From a bacterium (GTDB lineage: Bacteria > UBP7 > UBA6624): 32,000 bases of DNA. Shown piece after piece: positions 1 through 10,329 of this stretch (within the stretch, counting starts at the first letter, position 1; every line of letters starts with the position of its first letter). The translations under genes were made by a program, and so were the position numbers. The DNA lies in the NCBI GenBank assembly GCA_002716355.1, contig PBAU01000002.1, positions 143,137 through 175,136 on the forward strand, read 5' to 3'. Below the pieces are notes generated by a model. The model did not search any database. It saw nothing but the letters and a program-made list of their open reading frames with translations, and was not told the origin of the DNA.

Positions 1-745
1 TTATTCTAGCTTTAAAGGCTCAAAATGGTCTAAAGGAATCATGCCGATAGATAGTTTGGAAAGTTTGGAAAAAGAGCGTAATGTCAAGATCGATGTACCA
101 CGATCTAAAGCTATGAATTGGGATACCCTGAGAAAAAAGATCAAAAAACAAGGGATGAGAAACAGCAATGTTTTAGCTATTGCGCCAACAGCGACAATTT
201 CCAATATCATGGGCAGCTCTCCCTGTATTGAACCAACATACAAAAACCTTTTTGTAAAGAGCAATCTTTCTGGAGATTTTATTAGCTTGAACCAGTTCCT
301 TGTTGATGATTTGAAGGATTTAAATTTATGGGATCAAGAAATGCTTGACCAATTGAAATATTTTGATGGAGAGCTTGAGGATATTGTTGAAATTCCTCAA
401 AACATTAAGGATAAATATAAAACAGCTTTTTCGGTTAGTCATGAATATTTAATTGATGCTGCTGCAAGAAGGCAAAAATGGATAGACCAGTCACAATCAG
501 TTAATTTGTTTTTGGCAAAACCAGAATTAAAAACACTTTCACACATGTATAGGCGTGCTTGGCACACGGGCTTAAAAACAACTTATTACTTAAGAACCCT
601 TGGAGCTTCAGATATTGAAAAAGCAACAATTGATGTCAAAAAGGAAGTCAGAGGCGTTGTTTCGGGAGAGCAAGATTCACAACCGCAAAGTGCATGCAGT
701 ATTGATGCTTGGATGAATGGTGAAGAATGTGAATCTTGTCAGTGA
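1..745 (+). CDS. nrdA: Ribonucleoside-diphosphate reductase alpha subunit (class I), C-terminal part; 5' end lies outside the window
   Basis: The frame is open from nt 2 (YSSFKGSKWSKGIMPIDSLE...). It carries AIAPTATISNIMGSSPCIEP, the C-terminal radical-transfer TTYYLR motif and a Cys-rich tail (CSIDAWMNGEECESCQ), all typical of the class I large subunit. Confidence 0.9.
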   Translation, partial: YSSFKGSKWSKGIMPIDSLESLEKERNVKIDVPRSKAMNWDTLRKKIKKQGMRNSNVLAIAPTATISNIMGSSPCIEPTYKNLFVKSNLSGDFISLNQFLVDDLKDLNLWDQEMLDQLKYFDGELEDIVEIPQNIKDKYKTAFSVSHEYLIDAAARRQKWIDQSQSVNLFLAKPELKTLSHMYRRAWHTGLKTTYYLRTLGASDIEKATIDVKKEVRGVVSGEQDSQPQSACSIDAWMNGEECESCQ

Positions 746-751
746 TTTTTA

Positions 752-1318
752 ATGTCAGTAAAATCTGATTCCTGGATTAAAAAAATGGCTATTGATCATG
801 AGATGATTAGCCCTTTTTCCTCCCAGCAAGTTAGAGAGGAAAAAGGTAAAAAGGTAGTATCTTACGGACTTTCATCCTATGGCTATGACATTAGAGTGGC
901 TGATGAATTTAAAATTTTCACAAACATACATTCAAAAGAAATCGATCCAAAAGAAATTAAAAAAGATTGTTTTGTTGAGGTTAAAGCAGACAATATTCTT
1001 GTTCCGCCTAATTCTTTTGCGCTAGCAAGAACTGTCGAGTATTTCAAAATACCTAGACGAGTTATAACATTATGTGTTGGTAAATCGACATATGCAAGAT
1101 GTGGAATCATTGTCAATGTAACACCATTTGAACCAGAGTGGGAAGGTTATGTGACTCTTGAGATTAGCAACACCACACCATTGCCAGCACGCATTTATGC
1201 AAACCAAGGAATTGCTCAGGTTTTATTCTTTGAAAGTGATCAGGAATGCGAAATTTCTTATAAAGATCGAAGCGGTAAATACCAATCCCAAACCGGTATA
1301 ACCCTACCTAGTGTTTAG
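752..1318 (+). CDS. dcd: dCTP deaminase
   Basis: The 188 aa product contains [55 protein letters not shown] and [17 protein letters not shown]. These are near-identical to conserved blocks of proteobacterial-type Dcd. Confidence 0.92.
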   Translation: MSVKSDSWIKKMAIDHEMISPFSSQQVREEKGKKVVSYGLSSYGYDIRVADEFKIFTNIHSKEIDPKEIKKDCFVEVKADNILVPPNSFALARTVEYFKIPRRVITLCVGKSTYARCGIIVNVTPFEPEWEGYVTLEISNTTPLPARIYANQGIAQVLFFESDQECEISYKDRSGKYQSQTGITLPSV

Positions 1319-1361
1319 TTTTTTTAGTCGCTACTTTTTTTATCTATAGGAGGATATGTAT

Positions 1362-1826
1362 ATGATAAATAAAGTTATATTGTTAGGAAGGCTTGGCGGC
1401 GATGCAGAGGTTTCACATTATGACAGTGGTAGGTCTCAGGCAAAATTTAGCATGGTGACTTCTCGCAGATTTAAAACCAAGGATGGAGAGGATCGCGAAG
1501 ATGCTCAATGGCACAATGTTGTCATATGGGGGAATGCTGATAGATTGGATTACATCCCTGAAGTTTTTAAGAAGGGAAAGATGGTTTATGTTGAAGGGAT
1601 GGTTAAGTATAGAGAATACGAACCTGAACCAGGAAACAAAAGATATTTTACTGATATAGATGCTAGTTGGCCTCATGGCGTATTAAAAATTGTTTCCTCA
1701 CAGGGTGCAGAGGCTTCACAAGCTGGTCAAAATGCTGGAAACTCTACATCAGCTCCCACACAAGAGATTGATGTGAACAAGGATGTTCCAACTGTTGATT
1801 TTGGCGATTTGCCACCTGTGGAATAA
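1362..1826 (+). CDS. ssb: Single-stranded DNA-binding protein
   Basis: An N-terminal OB fold (MINKVILLGRLGGDAEV...WHNVVIWG) is followed by a Gln/Ala/Gly-rich linker and an acidic tail. I chose the ATG at 1362 because AGGAGGA (1348-1354) lies 7 nt upstream. The ORF-track ATG at 1356 is only 1 nt from that site. Confidence 0.88.
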   Translation: MINKVILLGRLGGDAEVSHYDSGRSQAKFSMVTSRRFKTKDGEDREDAQWHNVVIWGNADRLDYIPEVFKKGKMVYVEGMVKYREYEPEPGNKRYFTDIDASWPHGVLKIVSSQGAEASQAGQNAGNSTSAPTQEIDVNKDVPTVDFGDLPPVE

Positions 1827-2294
1827 ATGATTGATTTGGTCCAAGAAATTGGCGATAATTTAAAATCGCAAAATATGATGATCTCAACAGCTGAATCTTT
1901 AACTGGAGGCTTGCTCAGCTCACAATTCTGTGAGATTTCAGGCTCTTCTGAATGGTTTGCAGGAGGGATTGTGTGTTATCAAGATGAGATCAAGGAAATG
2001 CTGGGTGTTGAAAAATCATTCATGGAAACAAATGGGGCAGTAAACTGCAAAACAGCATATACTCTGGCAAAAAACATCGCATTAAAGTTCAATACTGAAA
2101 TCGGTGTTTCTTTGACCGGAATTGCTGGCCCATCAACAGATTCAAAGAATACACCTGTGGGAACGGTTCATATAGGTTTTTATTCAGAAAAAGATTCTGA
2201 ATGTAAGAAGTTTTGTTTTAACGGAACAAGAAATCAAATAAGGAAAAAATCTGTTCAAGAAGCAATGAATATGATTTTAAATAAGATTAAATAA
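1827..2294 (+). CDS. cinA: CinA C-terminal domain protein (PncC-like nicotinamide-nucleotide amidohydrolase)
   Basis: The 155 aa product carries [23 protein letters not shown] and GTVHIG blocks of the CinA/PncC domain. It sits immediately upstream of recA, the classic cinA-recA arrangement. Confidence 0.85.
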   Translation: MIDLVQEIGDNLKSQNMMISTAESLTGGLLSSQFCEISGSSEWFAGGIVCYQDEIKEMLGVEKSFMETNGAVNCKTAYTLAKNIALKFNTEIGVSLTGIAGPSTDSKNTPVGTVHIGFYSEKDSECKKFCFNGTRNQIRKKSVQEAMNMILNKIK

Positions 2295-2305
2295 GGAGAA
2301 TTAAA

Positions 2306-3319
2306 ATGGCAAAGTCACCAAAGAAAAAAAATAAAAAAGTTGGGGAGTTGGAAAGAGTTGTTAATCAAATAGAAACCAAATACGGGGAAGGGTCCCTGAT
2401 GAGGCTTGGGTCTAAGCCTGCCACTGATATTCCAGCCGTTTCCACAGGTTCATTGCAGCTGGATTACATTCTTGGCATTGGAGGGGTCCCGTGTGGAAGA
2501 ATTATTGAGATTTTTGGTCCAGAGTCTGGTGGAAAAACGACTTTAGCATTAGAGATAGTTGCAGCTGGTCAAAAGCTAGGCAAGGAAATTGTTTATATTG
2601 ATGCTGAAAATGCTCTTGATCCAAAATATGCTCGTGCAATTGGTGTTGATGTAGACAATATGTTTCTTAGCCAACCTGAAACCATGGAGGCATCTTTGGA
2701 AATATGTGATGAAGTTATCAGGTCAGGTGAGGTTGGTGTTGTTGTTGTGGATAGTGTCGCCGCAATGGTTCCCAAGGCAGAATTAGATGGGAAAATAGGT
2801 GACAAGCATGTAGGGCTTCAGGCAAGATTAATGTCTCAGGCATTACGTAGGATTGCAGGCGCAGCTGCTAAAAATGGTACTATTGTTATTTTTATTAATC
2901 AAATAAGAGAAAAGATTGGAGTTATGTTTGGCAATCCTGAAACAACACCAGGTGGAAGAGCATTAAAGTTTTTTTCTTCTGTAAGAATAGATATCAGAAA
3001 AGCCAAATCTATTGTTGAGGGAGATGAGATTATTGGCTCAAGTCATCGAGCGCGAGTTGTAAAAAACAAAGTAGCACCACCTTTTAAGAATGCAGAATTC
3101 CCATTGCGTTATGGCTATGGAATTTGGAGTGAAGCAGAATTGATAGAGCTTGGAACGCATTACAAACTTATTCAAAAATCAGGTTCTTGGTATAACGCTA
3201 AAGATGGCTCTGTTACATTGGGCCAAGGTTTGCGCAAGGCAGCAAATTACCTTAATGAGGATCTGGATCTAAAAGAAGAAATTATTTCTACATTAAAGGA
3301 AAAATTAGGTATTAAATAA
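2306..3319 (+). CDS. recA: Recombinase A
   Basis: The Walker A motif [12 protein letters not shown], plus [64 protein letters not shown] and an upstream AAGGAGAA site support the call. Confidence 0.97.
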   Translation: MAKSPKKKNKKVGELERVVNQIETKYGEGSLMRLGSKPATDIPAVSTGSLQLDYILGIGGVPCGRIIEIFGPESGGKTTLALEIVAAGQKLGKEIVYIDAENALDPKYARAIGVDVDNMFLSQPETMEASLEICDEVIRSGEVGVVVVDSVAAMVPKAELDGKIGDKHVGLQARLMSQALRRIAGAAAKNGTIVIFINQIREKIGVMFGNPETTPGGRALKFFSSVRIDIRKAKSIVEGDEIIGSSHRARVVKNKVAPPFKNAEFPLRYGYGIWSEAELIELGTHYKLIQKSGSWYNAKDGSVTLGQGLRKAANYLNEDLDLKEEIISTLKEKLGIK

Positions 3320-3323
3320 ACTC

Positions 3324-4856
3324 ATGTTATTGTTAATGGAAATGGTTCCAACCCCTTTGATGGTTTTTATTCTTCTGTGTCTTGGAACCGTAATTGTTCT
3401 TTATGTTTTCGCATTGAAGAAATTAAAAACCATCCATAATGAAAAAGTTGATCAAAATATAGCAGAAATATTAGAAGCCAAATCTAAATTTACAGCAGAA
3501 AAAAAGGAAACCCTTGCAGCAAAAGAAGATTTACAAAAAAGACGAGAAGAAATCATCAAGCAAGAATCAAGTGTTTTTGCTGAAAAAAATATATTGAAAT
3601 CACAAAAAGAAAATTTCAAATTACATAAAAAAGAATCATTGGAAAGACTTGAAAAAAGAGACCAATCCCTAATGAAGCGAGAAGAAAGAATATCTGTTGA
3701 AGAGGATCAGATTGTTGAAAAGTTAGAGCATGTTGCAAAAATGACTAAAAAAGAAGCTGGTGAATTTATATTGCAATCTGCAAAAAAGGCAAACAGGCAA
3801 GCGCTGAAGGCTTTATTTAAAGAGGGTGAGGATCAGGCTCAGGCTGAAAGCCAGCAGCGAGCGCAGCAGTTGTTATTAGATGCTGTCCAAGGTATTAGCG
3901 TTCCATCTGTTTTGGGTAATGATATTTTAGGAAGAGTTGAAATTTCTGATGAGAATTTTAAGGGTAGAGTGATAGGTCGTGCTGGTAGAAATATTAAGTA
4001 TTTTCAAGAGAAAGCAGGTGTTGATTTGATTGTAGATGAAACCCTTTTTCTAACAATCTCATCATTTGATGGGGTAAGGCAGGCAATTGCAACAATCGCT
4101 CTTGAACGTTTGATAAAAGATGGAAGGATACATGCTCCTGCTATTGATAGAGAGGTTAGCAAAGCAACAAAAGAAGTAACAAAAATGGTCAATGACTATG
4201 GTGAAAAGGCCGCTGAAGAAGCTGGCGTTCCTGGTTTGCATAAGGTTATTATCAAGATGATTGGCAAAATGAGTTTCAGGTCTAGTTTTGGGCAGAACCT
4301 ATTGCAACACAGTGTTGAATGTGCAAGAATTGCAGGGCAGCTTGCAAAAGAGCTAGGGTTAGATCAAAGCATCCTTAGAAGAATGGCTTTATTACATGAT
4401 ATAGGAAAAATATTACCAAGTGAAGGTGAAACAAACTCACATGCTTTAGCCGGCGCCAAGCTTTTAAAGGAGTATGGTGAATCTGAGAAGATTGTTAATG
4501 CGGTTGCTTCACATCATGGAGAGGAAAAGTGTACAAGTGTTGAAGGTGAGATTTTGAAAATTTCTGATGCGCTTTCGGGAGCAAGACCAGGAGCAAGGCG
4601 AGATACTTATGAGATATATATAGAACGTTTAAAAAGAATTGAGGAAATTGGCAATTCCTTGCCAGGTGTATTGCAGACTTATGCTGTTAGTGCTGGCAGA
4701 GAGGTCAGGGTGATTCTTGACCCTGACAGAACAACAGATGAAGACCCCATTGTTTTAGCAGGTGATCTTTTGAAGAGAATCAAAAAAGAACTTGATATTC
4801 CTGGAAAAACTACAATTACCGTAATTAGGGAAAAAAGGGACTCGCTACAAGGATGA
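3324..4856 (+). CDS. rny: Ribonuclease Y (membrane-anchored KH/HD endoribonuclease)
   Basis: It has an N-terminal TM helix and a long Lys/Glu coiled-coil. It also has a KH domain (GRVIGRAGRNIKYFQEKAGVDLIVD) and an HD domain (HSVECA...LLHDIGK...ASHHGE). The exact start among three nearby ATGs is uncertain. Confidence 0.9.
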   Translation: MLLLMEMVPTPLMVFILLCLGTVIVLYVFALKKLKTIHNEKVDQNIAEILEAKSKFTAEKKETLAAKEDLQKRREEIIKQESSVFAEKNILKSQKENFKLHKKESLERLEKRDQSLMKREERISVEEDQIVEKLEHVAKMTKKEAGEFILQSAKKANRQALKALFKEGEDQAQAESQQRAQQLLLDAVQGISVPSVLGNDILGRVEISDENFKGRVIGRAGRNIKYFQEKAGVDLIVDETLFLTISSFDGVRQAIATIALERLIKDGRIHAPAIDREVSKATKEVTKMVNDYGEKAAEEAGVPGLHKVIIKMIGKMSFRSSFGQNLLQHSVECARIAGQLAKELGLDQSILRRMALLHDIGKILPSEGETNSHALAGAKLLKEYGESEKIVNAVASHHGEEKCTSVEGEILKISDALSGARPGARRDTYEIYIERLKRIEEIGNSLPGVLQTYAVSAGREVRVILDPDRTTDEDPIVLAGDLLKRIKKELDIPGKTTITVIREKRDSLQG

Positions 4857-5647
4857 TAAAAGTTTTATCTATTGGTGATGTTTTTGGGAGACCAGGAAGA
4901 AAGCTTTGCAAAACATTGATTCCTGAACTTAGATTAAAACATAAAGCTGATTTGGTTATAGTCAATGCTGAAAACGCAAGTGGCGGCAAAGGACTTTCTG
5001 AAAAAAACTATAAAGAGATAATGGAATCCGGTATTGATTTAATAACGCTTGGCGATCACATGTTTGACCAAAAGTCAATCAAGACAATAATGGACAATAA
5101 AAGAAATCCAATTATCCGTCCATTCAACTATCCAAGTTCTGAAATGGCCGGAAGAGGCATTTGGACAACATCTTTGAATGGTGTTGAGGTCAATGTTATT
5201 TGCTTGCAGGGAAGGATTTTCATGAGAGAGGGAGCGGATAACCCCTTCAGAGCTTTTGATGAAATTCATGATAAGTTGAATTCAGATTCAATCAATCTTG
5301 TTGAATTTCATGCTGAGGCAACAAGTGAAAAACATGCAATGTTTTGGTATCTTGATGGTCGTGCTTCAGCTGCCTGGGGAACACATACTCATGTTGCTAC
5401 GGCTGATGAAAGAGTGTATCCGCAAGGGCTTGGCGCTATTGCTGATCTTGGGATGACTGGTCCTGTGGATAGTGTGATTGGTGTTGATTGCGAAAGCAGT
5501 ATCAAAAGGTTTACCTCAGGTATCTATTCAAGATTCAAGGTTTCTGAATCTGAAAGGGTTGCGCTAAATGGTGCTTTGTTTGAGATTGATGAAAAGACCA
5601 AAGAGTGCATAAGCGTCACCAGGATTCGGGAAGAGTCTATAGTTTAA
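4853..5647 (+). CDS. ymdB: YmdB-like metallophosphoesterase (2',3'-cyclic-nucleotide phosphodiesterase family)
   Basis: MIKVLSIGDVFGRPGR, VIVNAENASGGKG, GDH, EFHAEATSEK and GTHTHV metallophosphoesterase blocks are present. The gene overlaps the rny stop by 4 nt, giving the rny-ymdB synteny known from Bacillus. Confidence 0.85.
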   Translation: MIKVLSIGDVFGRPGRKLCKTLIPELRLKHKADLVIVNAENASGGKGLSEKNYKEIMESGIDLITLGDHMFDQKSIKTIMDNKRNPIIRPFNYPSSEMAGRGIWTTSLNGVEVNVICLQGRIFMREGADNPFRAFDEIHDKLNSDSINLVEFHAEATSEKHAMFWYLDGRASAAWGTHTHVATADERVYPQGLGAIADLGMTGPVDSVIGVDCESSIKRFTSGIYSRFKVSESERVALNGALFEIDEKTKECISVTRIREESIV

Positions 5648-5732
5648 TGATTAATGTTGTTTTAAAAAACAAACCAATTTAAAATGATTTCTGGATCTGG
5701 GATCCCTGTATAGCTATCCTCCCAACTCGTTT

Positions 5733-7604
5733 CTAATTAATTAGTGAATTAATTATTGAAGGATCTGCTAATGTTGATATGTCTCCTAGATTTTTTGTAT
5801 CTCCTTCAGCTATTTTCCTAAGTATTCTTCTCATGATTTTTCCTGAACGTGTTTTTGGTAGGCCAGGTGTAAATTGGATTCTGTCTGGTGATGCATGTGG
5901 TCCAATGATTTTCCTAACTTTCATTCGTATTTCTTTTTCAGTATTTTTGTTTACCTCTTTCCCTGTCATCAGTGTCACAAAAGCACAAACGCCTTCTCCC
6001 TTGATGTCGTGCGGAAAACCGACAACAGCCGCTTCAGCAACGTCATTGTGTTTCCCTATTGCCCCTTCGATTTCAGCTGTTCCCAATCTGTGTCCAGAAA
6101 CATTCAACACATCATCAACCCTTCCTGTAATCCAGTAATAGCCATCCTGATCCCTTTTTGCCCCATCTCCAGTGAAATAATATCCATTGAATTGGGAGAA
6201 GTAAGTGTCAAAAAATCTTTGATGGTCTCCGTAAATGGTTCTCATCTGTCCTGGCCATGATCTTTTTATTACAAGCAACCCTTCTGCGGGATTTCCTTGA
6301 ATTTCATTGCCGTTTTCATCAAGTATTGCAGGCTCAATTCCATAAAGAGGGTTTGTTGCAGATCCAGGTTTTAATTCTGTGATTCCTGGCAAAGGGGTTA
6401 TCAGGATTCCACCTGTTTCTGTTTGCCACCATGTGTCGACCACAGGGCATCTTTGCTCTCCCACAATTTCATGGTACCAAGTCCATTCTGGCTCCTTGAT
6501 CGTCTCTCCGACGGTACCAAGAACTTTTAGTGATTCTCTATTCCACTTGGTTACGAAGTCATCACCTTCTTTCATTAGTGCCCTGAGTGCTGTTGGAGCT
6601 GTGTAGAAGATATTGACTTTATGCTTTTCTACAATTTGCCAGAATCTTCCAAAGTCAGGGAAGTTTGGCACGCCTTCAAACATGATTGTCGTTGCTCTAT
6701 TCGAGAGTGGTCCATAAACAATATAGGAATGTCCAGTAATCCAACCAATATCCGCAGTGCACCAATATATGTCTCCCGGTTTGTAATCAAAAACTTTTTG
6801 GTGGGTATAAGATGCATAAACCATATACCCCCCTGTGGTATGCAAAACACCTTTGGGTTTCCCTGTTGATCCAGATGTATAAAGTATAAACAGGGGATCT
6901 TCAGCATTCATCTTTTCACATTCGCACTTTTCAGACATTGGCTTTATCGATTTATGCCACCAATGATCCCTGTCTTGAACCATCTCAACATCAGAGCCCG
7001 TTCTTTTTACAACTAGTACATTTTGGATTGTCGGACATTCTTTTAGCGCAGCATCTCCATTTGATTTCATTGGTATGTTTGTTTTCAAGCCTCTGACGCC
7101 AGTATCTTGAGTTACTAGCAATTTGCATTCAGAATCATTGATTCGATCCCGCAATGAATCAGAAGAAAAAGCACCAAAGACTATTGAATGCACTGCACCA
7201 ATCCTTGCGCATGCAAGCATTGTTATCATCAGTTCGGGAATCATTTGCATATAGATGCAAACCCTGTCACCTTTTTGAATATTGATTGATTTTAGGAAAT
7301 TAGCACATTTCGAAACTTCTTGCAATAACTCTTTGTAAGAGTATTTTTTATCTTCATTTGGATTGTTGCCTTCCCATATTAATGCAGTTTCATCGCCTTT
7401 TCCGGATTCAATATGTCGATCTAGGCAGTTGTAGCAAGCATTCAGTTCACCTTCTTCAAACCATTTAATGCTTGCAGTTTTGTAATCTACACTTGAAACG
7501 GTATCCCATTTTTTATACCAATGTATCCTTTCTGCAACCTTTGACCAAAAAACATCCGTGTTTTCAATTGATTCTTGATATTGTTTTTTGTAGCCAGATT
7601 CCAT
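5733..7604 (-). CDS. acs: Acetyl-CoA synthetase (AMP-forming)
   Basis: The 623 aa product has the AMP-binding signature [11 protein letters not shown]. It also has the Acs-typical [35 protein letters not shown] and C-terminal [17 protein letters not shown] blocks. Confidence 0.93.
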   Translation of the reverse strand: MESGYKKQYQESIENTDVFWSKVAERIHWYKKWDTVSSVDYKTASIKWFEEGELNACYNCLDRHIESGKGDETALIWEGNNPNEDKKYSYKELLQEVSKCANFLKSINIQKGDRVCIYMQMIPELMITMLACARIGAVHSIVFGAFSSDSLRDRINDSECKLLVTQDTGVRGLKTNIPMKSNGDAALKECPTIQNVLVVKRTGSDVEMVQDRDHWWHKSIKPMSEKCECEKMNAEDPLFILYTSGSTGKPKGVLHTTGGYMVYASYTHQKVFDYKPGDIYWCTADIGWITGHSYIVYGPLSNRATTIMFEGVPNFPDFGRFWQIVEKHKVNIFYTAPTALRALMKEGDDFVTKWNRESLKVLGTVGETIKEPEWTWYHEIVGEQRCPVVDTWWQTETGGILITPLPGITELKPGSATNPLYGIEPAILDENGNEIQGNPAEGLLVIKRSWPGQMRTIYGDHQRFFDTYFSQFNGYYFTGDGAKRDQDGYYWITGRVDDVLNVSGHRLGTAEIEGAIGKHNDVAEAAVVGFPHDIKGEGVCAFVTLMTGKEVNKNTEKEIRMKVRKIIGPHASPDRIQFTPGLPKTRSGKIMRRILRKIAEGDTKNLGDISTLADPSIINSLIN

Positions 7605-7606
7605 TT

Positions 7607-9211
7607 TTATTCTGGAGCTTTAGCAAAATCCTCAGCCCAACATCTTGGAGATAACTCTTCACCTGTGATTTCTTTTACTAAATCATCCCATTTCAATCTA
7701 GAGCCAAAAGAAAACATGTTTGCAAGGTATTTTCCAGCTTTTTTGTTTTTAAGCAGGCCACTGCCTGTTGTCTTGACAATATCATGCTCAAGTTGACTTG
7801 CTGTCATTTCGCCAAGCATGTAATTGTGATAATAAACAGGAGCTGTAGCTATATGGTTTTTTGCAGCCCAATCAGGTTTGTTTCTTCCTTTTGGCTTGCG
7901 AACATCTTGGTATTCCTCTTTCAAATCCCACCATAATTGATTTAAGTCTTGTTTTGGATTTGAGTAAAGTTCCTTTTCGAATCTACACATAACCTGCTCC
8001 CACCTGCTGAAAGCCAACATTTTGAATCTTTGAGCATTGACCAATTGCACAGCGGCATCATTAACCTCATTACTTGGCGCTCCAAGGAAATCTATTAGCC
8101 ATTCTGGTCTTAATGCTTGCCTGCCAAAGATCATTGCTATTGCTTCAGTACTGTTTATGTGTGCCGGGCCTTGTAGAAACCAAGGTAAGTTTTCTGTGGC
8201 AAGAAGGTCATATATAGCATGTCCATATTCATGCAGAACAGTATCACCCCATGTTAAATTATTTCTTAGATTACAAAGCACCCTCACATCACCATTTGGA
8301 TCATCAACACCTAAACAAAATGCATGTTGTGATTTTCCTTCTCTTTCATAAAGATCTGATTTTTCAATTGAGCTTCTTATGTCTAAACCGCAACTGTCAA
8401 AAGTTTCAATTGCTAATTTTTCTAAACAATCATCCGCTTTGCCAATAAACCATTTGTCACCCACACTTGTGTCAAAAGGCACACTTTGGAAATAGGGGTT
8501 TTCATAATGCCAAGGCATTATTTCGTCTTCATTTATATTGTACCTTTGTGCTCTTTCCGAATCGTATTTACGCTTGTGAGCTAAAAATGGCTCTCTTGTT
8601 AATTCATTCAATTCATCTAAAAGATTAAATAGAAAATCTTCATTTACTTCCTGTGTGATCAATCGCATTGAATAATAATTTTTAAAACCCATTCTTTTTG
8701 CTGAGCTGTTTCGTATTTCAACCAGATCTAAAAGCTTGCCTTCAACTTTTTCACCAATAGTTTTTGTTGCCTTCCATGCTTTTTCACTCAAGGAATTATC
8801 AGAACTTTGTTTCAGGATGTCAGATAGATCATTAGATGATTTTTCTTCGCCATCAACAATACCTCTGTGTTTGACATAATCTGAGGAAATCTGTAGACCT
8901 AATTTAACAGTTTTTGAAATTTCCTCATCATTCTTTTGACTTCCTATTGCACCAAGGTAAAGACTTTCTATGATTCTTTGGACATCACTGTCATCAATTT
9001 TGTCCATTTGGCCATGCCAATTCTTTATCTTAGAAAATCTTTCAGGATTTGCAGCTCTTTTCTCCAATGTTTCAGAAAGAACCTGAGCAATCTCGCTGTA
9101 GTTTTCTTCTCCGGTTGTTTCTTTACCCCACCAAGCAAGTGCAGTGGCCTTCCATAATGGTTTGCTGAATTTTTCTTCTTCAGCTAGAAATTTTTTAATA
9201 TCTTTTAGCAT
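7607..9211 (-). CDS. Clan MA gluzincin metallopeptidase (M2/M3/M32-like carboxy- or oligopeptidase)
   Basis: HEYGH is followed about 24 residues later by STEAIAM. This HExxH...E arrangement resembles the ACE-type HEMGH...EAIGD. I set the start at the ATG at 9211 (MLKDIKK), which has GGAGGA 7 nt upstream, rather than the TTG at 9226. Sub-family cannot be assigned by eye. Confidence 0.7.
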   Translation of the reverse strand: MLKDIKKFLAEEEKFSKPLWKATALAWWGKETTGEENYSEIAQVLSETLEKRAANPERFSKIKNWHGQMDKIDDSDVQRIIESLYLGAIGSQKNDEEISKTVKLGLQISSDYVKHRGIVDGEEKSSNDLSDILKQSSDNSLSEKAWKATKTIGEKVEGKLLDLVEIRNSSAKRMGFKNYYSMRLITQEVNEDFLFNLLDELNELTREPFLAHKRKYDSERAQRYNINEDEIMPWHYENPYFQSVPFDTSVGDKWFIGKADDCLEKLAIETFDSCGLDIRSSIEKSDLYEREGKSQHAFCLGVDDPNGDVRVLCNLRNNLTWGDTVLHEYGHAIYDLLATENLPWFLQGPAHINSTEAIAMIFGRQALRPEWLIDFLGAPSNEVNDAAVQLVNAQRFKMLAFSRWEQVMCRFEKELYSNPKQDLNQLWWDLKEEYQDVRKPKGRNKPDWAAKNHIATAPVYYHNYMLGEMTASQLEHDIVKTTGSGLLKNKKAGKYLANMFSFGSRLKWDDLVKEITGEELSPRCWAEDFAKAPE

Positions 9212-9255
9212 AAATATTTCCTCCAAATTTATATCCTAGTCTTAGGATAATCTAA

Positions 9256-10329
9256 GTGAAAGAAATTGTAATTATTGGTGGTGGTGTTGCTGGCATGGCT
9301 ATTGCATGGGAGGCACAAAAGAACGGTTACAAGGTTTTACTCCTAGAAAAAGATGCTTGTGGAGGTGGAGCAAGCCAAGCAAGTGCCGGCATACTCTCTC
9401 CTGCAGGAAAATCTTGCGGCGATCCTGAGCTCAATCGTTTTATCTGGGAGGGCATCAGGATGTTTCCGGATTGGGTTAAAGAGTTAAGAGAGGTTCATGA
9501 TTCTGATCCTGATTTAAAGATGGAGGGTGTTTTGTACCCTGAAGAACCAGAGTTGAAGACAAGAATAGCCAGTCTTGAAGATGTCAATGTTTCTTATCAG
9601 GTTTTGGGAAAAAAAGAAATAAAAAATAATTTTCCATGGTTCGATGTTGAAAAGGCTGTTTTGATTGAGGATGAAGGGCGAATTAATCCAAGAAAATTAA
9701 TGTATTTGTTAAAAGACGCACTTTTAAAATCAGGAGTTGACATTCGTGAAAATACCGAGGTTTTAAAAATATCTAAATTTGAAGAAAATTGGAAAATTTC
9801 CATAAAAAATAATGAGTCAATTTTTACCTCAAAGATTGCAATGTGCACTGGTGCCTGGGCCCAAGGTGTTGAAGATTGGGTTCCACCCATTAAACCAATG
9901 AGGGGTCAAATTATCGAACTTGCTGGAGAGGGTATGGAGTTTCCAACTCATACAGTACATGGAGCAGCTTCATATATGGTTCCACAATCCGGGCATTATT
10001 GGATTGGAGGCATTGTTCAGGATAGGGGTTTTGATGATTCAATTGATAAAAAAACTTTATTTCAAAAAGTGGCAATCATGGCAAATTGGGCACCAATTTT
10101 CACTAAAGCGAAATTAGGAGAATCATGGTGTGGATTTCGCCCTGGTTCACCTGATGAACGACCAATTATTGGAGAAAGAAAAGGATTGGAGGGTGTTTTT
10201 TGGGCAACAGGTCTTTTTAGAAATGGGGTATCGCTTTCCCCTGTAGTTGCTAAAAATTTCATCTCATGGATGAATGGTTCCTTCAAGCCAAATCAAGATT
10301 ACCCTTTTTCACCTAATAGATTTTTATGA
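9256..10329 (+). CDS. FAD-dependent oxidoreductase (glycine oxidase ThiO / D-amino-acid oxidase family)
   Basis: An N-terminal Rossmann dinucleotide motif (IVIIGGGVAGMAIAWE...LLEK) and a C-terminal GLFRNG block support the family. The start is GTG. The gene overlaps ispG by 4 nt. Confidence 0.75.
   Translation: MKEIVIIGGGVAGMAIAWEAQKNGYKVLLLEKDACGGGASQASAGILSPAGKSCGDPELNRFIWEGIRMFPDWVKELREVHDSDPDLKMEGVLYPEEPELKTRIASLEDVNVSYQVLGKKEIKNNFPWFDVEKAVLIEDEGRINPRKLMYLLKDALLKSGVDIRENTEVLKISKFEENWKISIKNNESIFTSKIAMCTGAWAQGVEDWVPPIKPMRGQIIELAGEGMEFPTHTVHGAASYMVPQSGHYWIGGIVQDRGFDDSIDKKTLFQKVAIMANWAPIFTKAKLGESWCGFRPGSPDERPIIGERKGLEGVFWATGLFRNGVSLSPVVAKNFISWMNGSFKPNQDYPFSPNRFL

Noticed and set aside
5648-5732. 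Terminator between the convergent ymdB and acs genes (GGATC-tgg-GATCC at 5693-5705 and an imperfect GTTGTTTT/AAAACAAAC pairing)
   Set aside because: The stems are only 5 bp or imperfect and lack clear U-tracts, so the evidence is too weak to annotate.
5779-6260. Two overlapping + strand ORFs (119 and 121 aa) inside the acs gene
   Set aside because: They lie antisense to a confidently identified 623 aa Acs. Their translations are low-complexity (Ser/Pro/Phe-rich) with no recognisable motifs or ribosome-binding sites. They are typical shadow ORFs.
7607-9226. ORF-track start codons that extend several ORFs at their 5' ends: 9226 (TTG), 1356 (ATG), 11540 (GTG), 17352 (TTG), 24206 and 28519
   Set aside because: In each case a downstream ATG lies 6-8 nt from a clear AGGAGG-type site or forms an ATGA overlap with the upstream stop, and where relevant it starts a sensible signal peptide. 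The longer forms add non-conserved residues.
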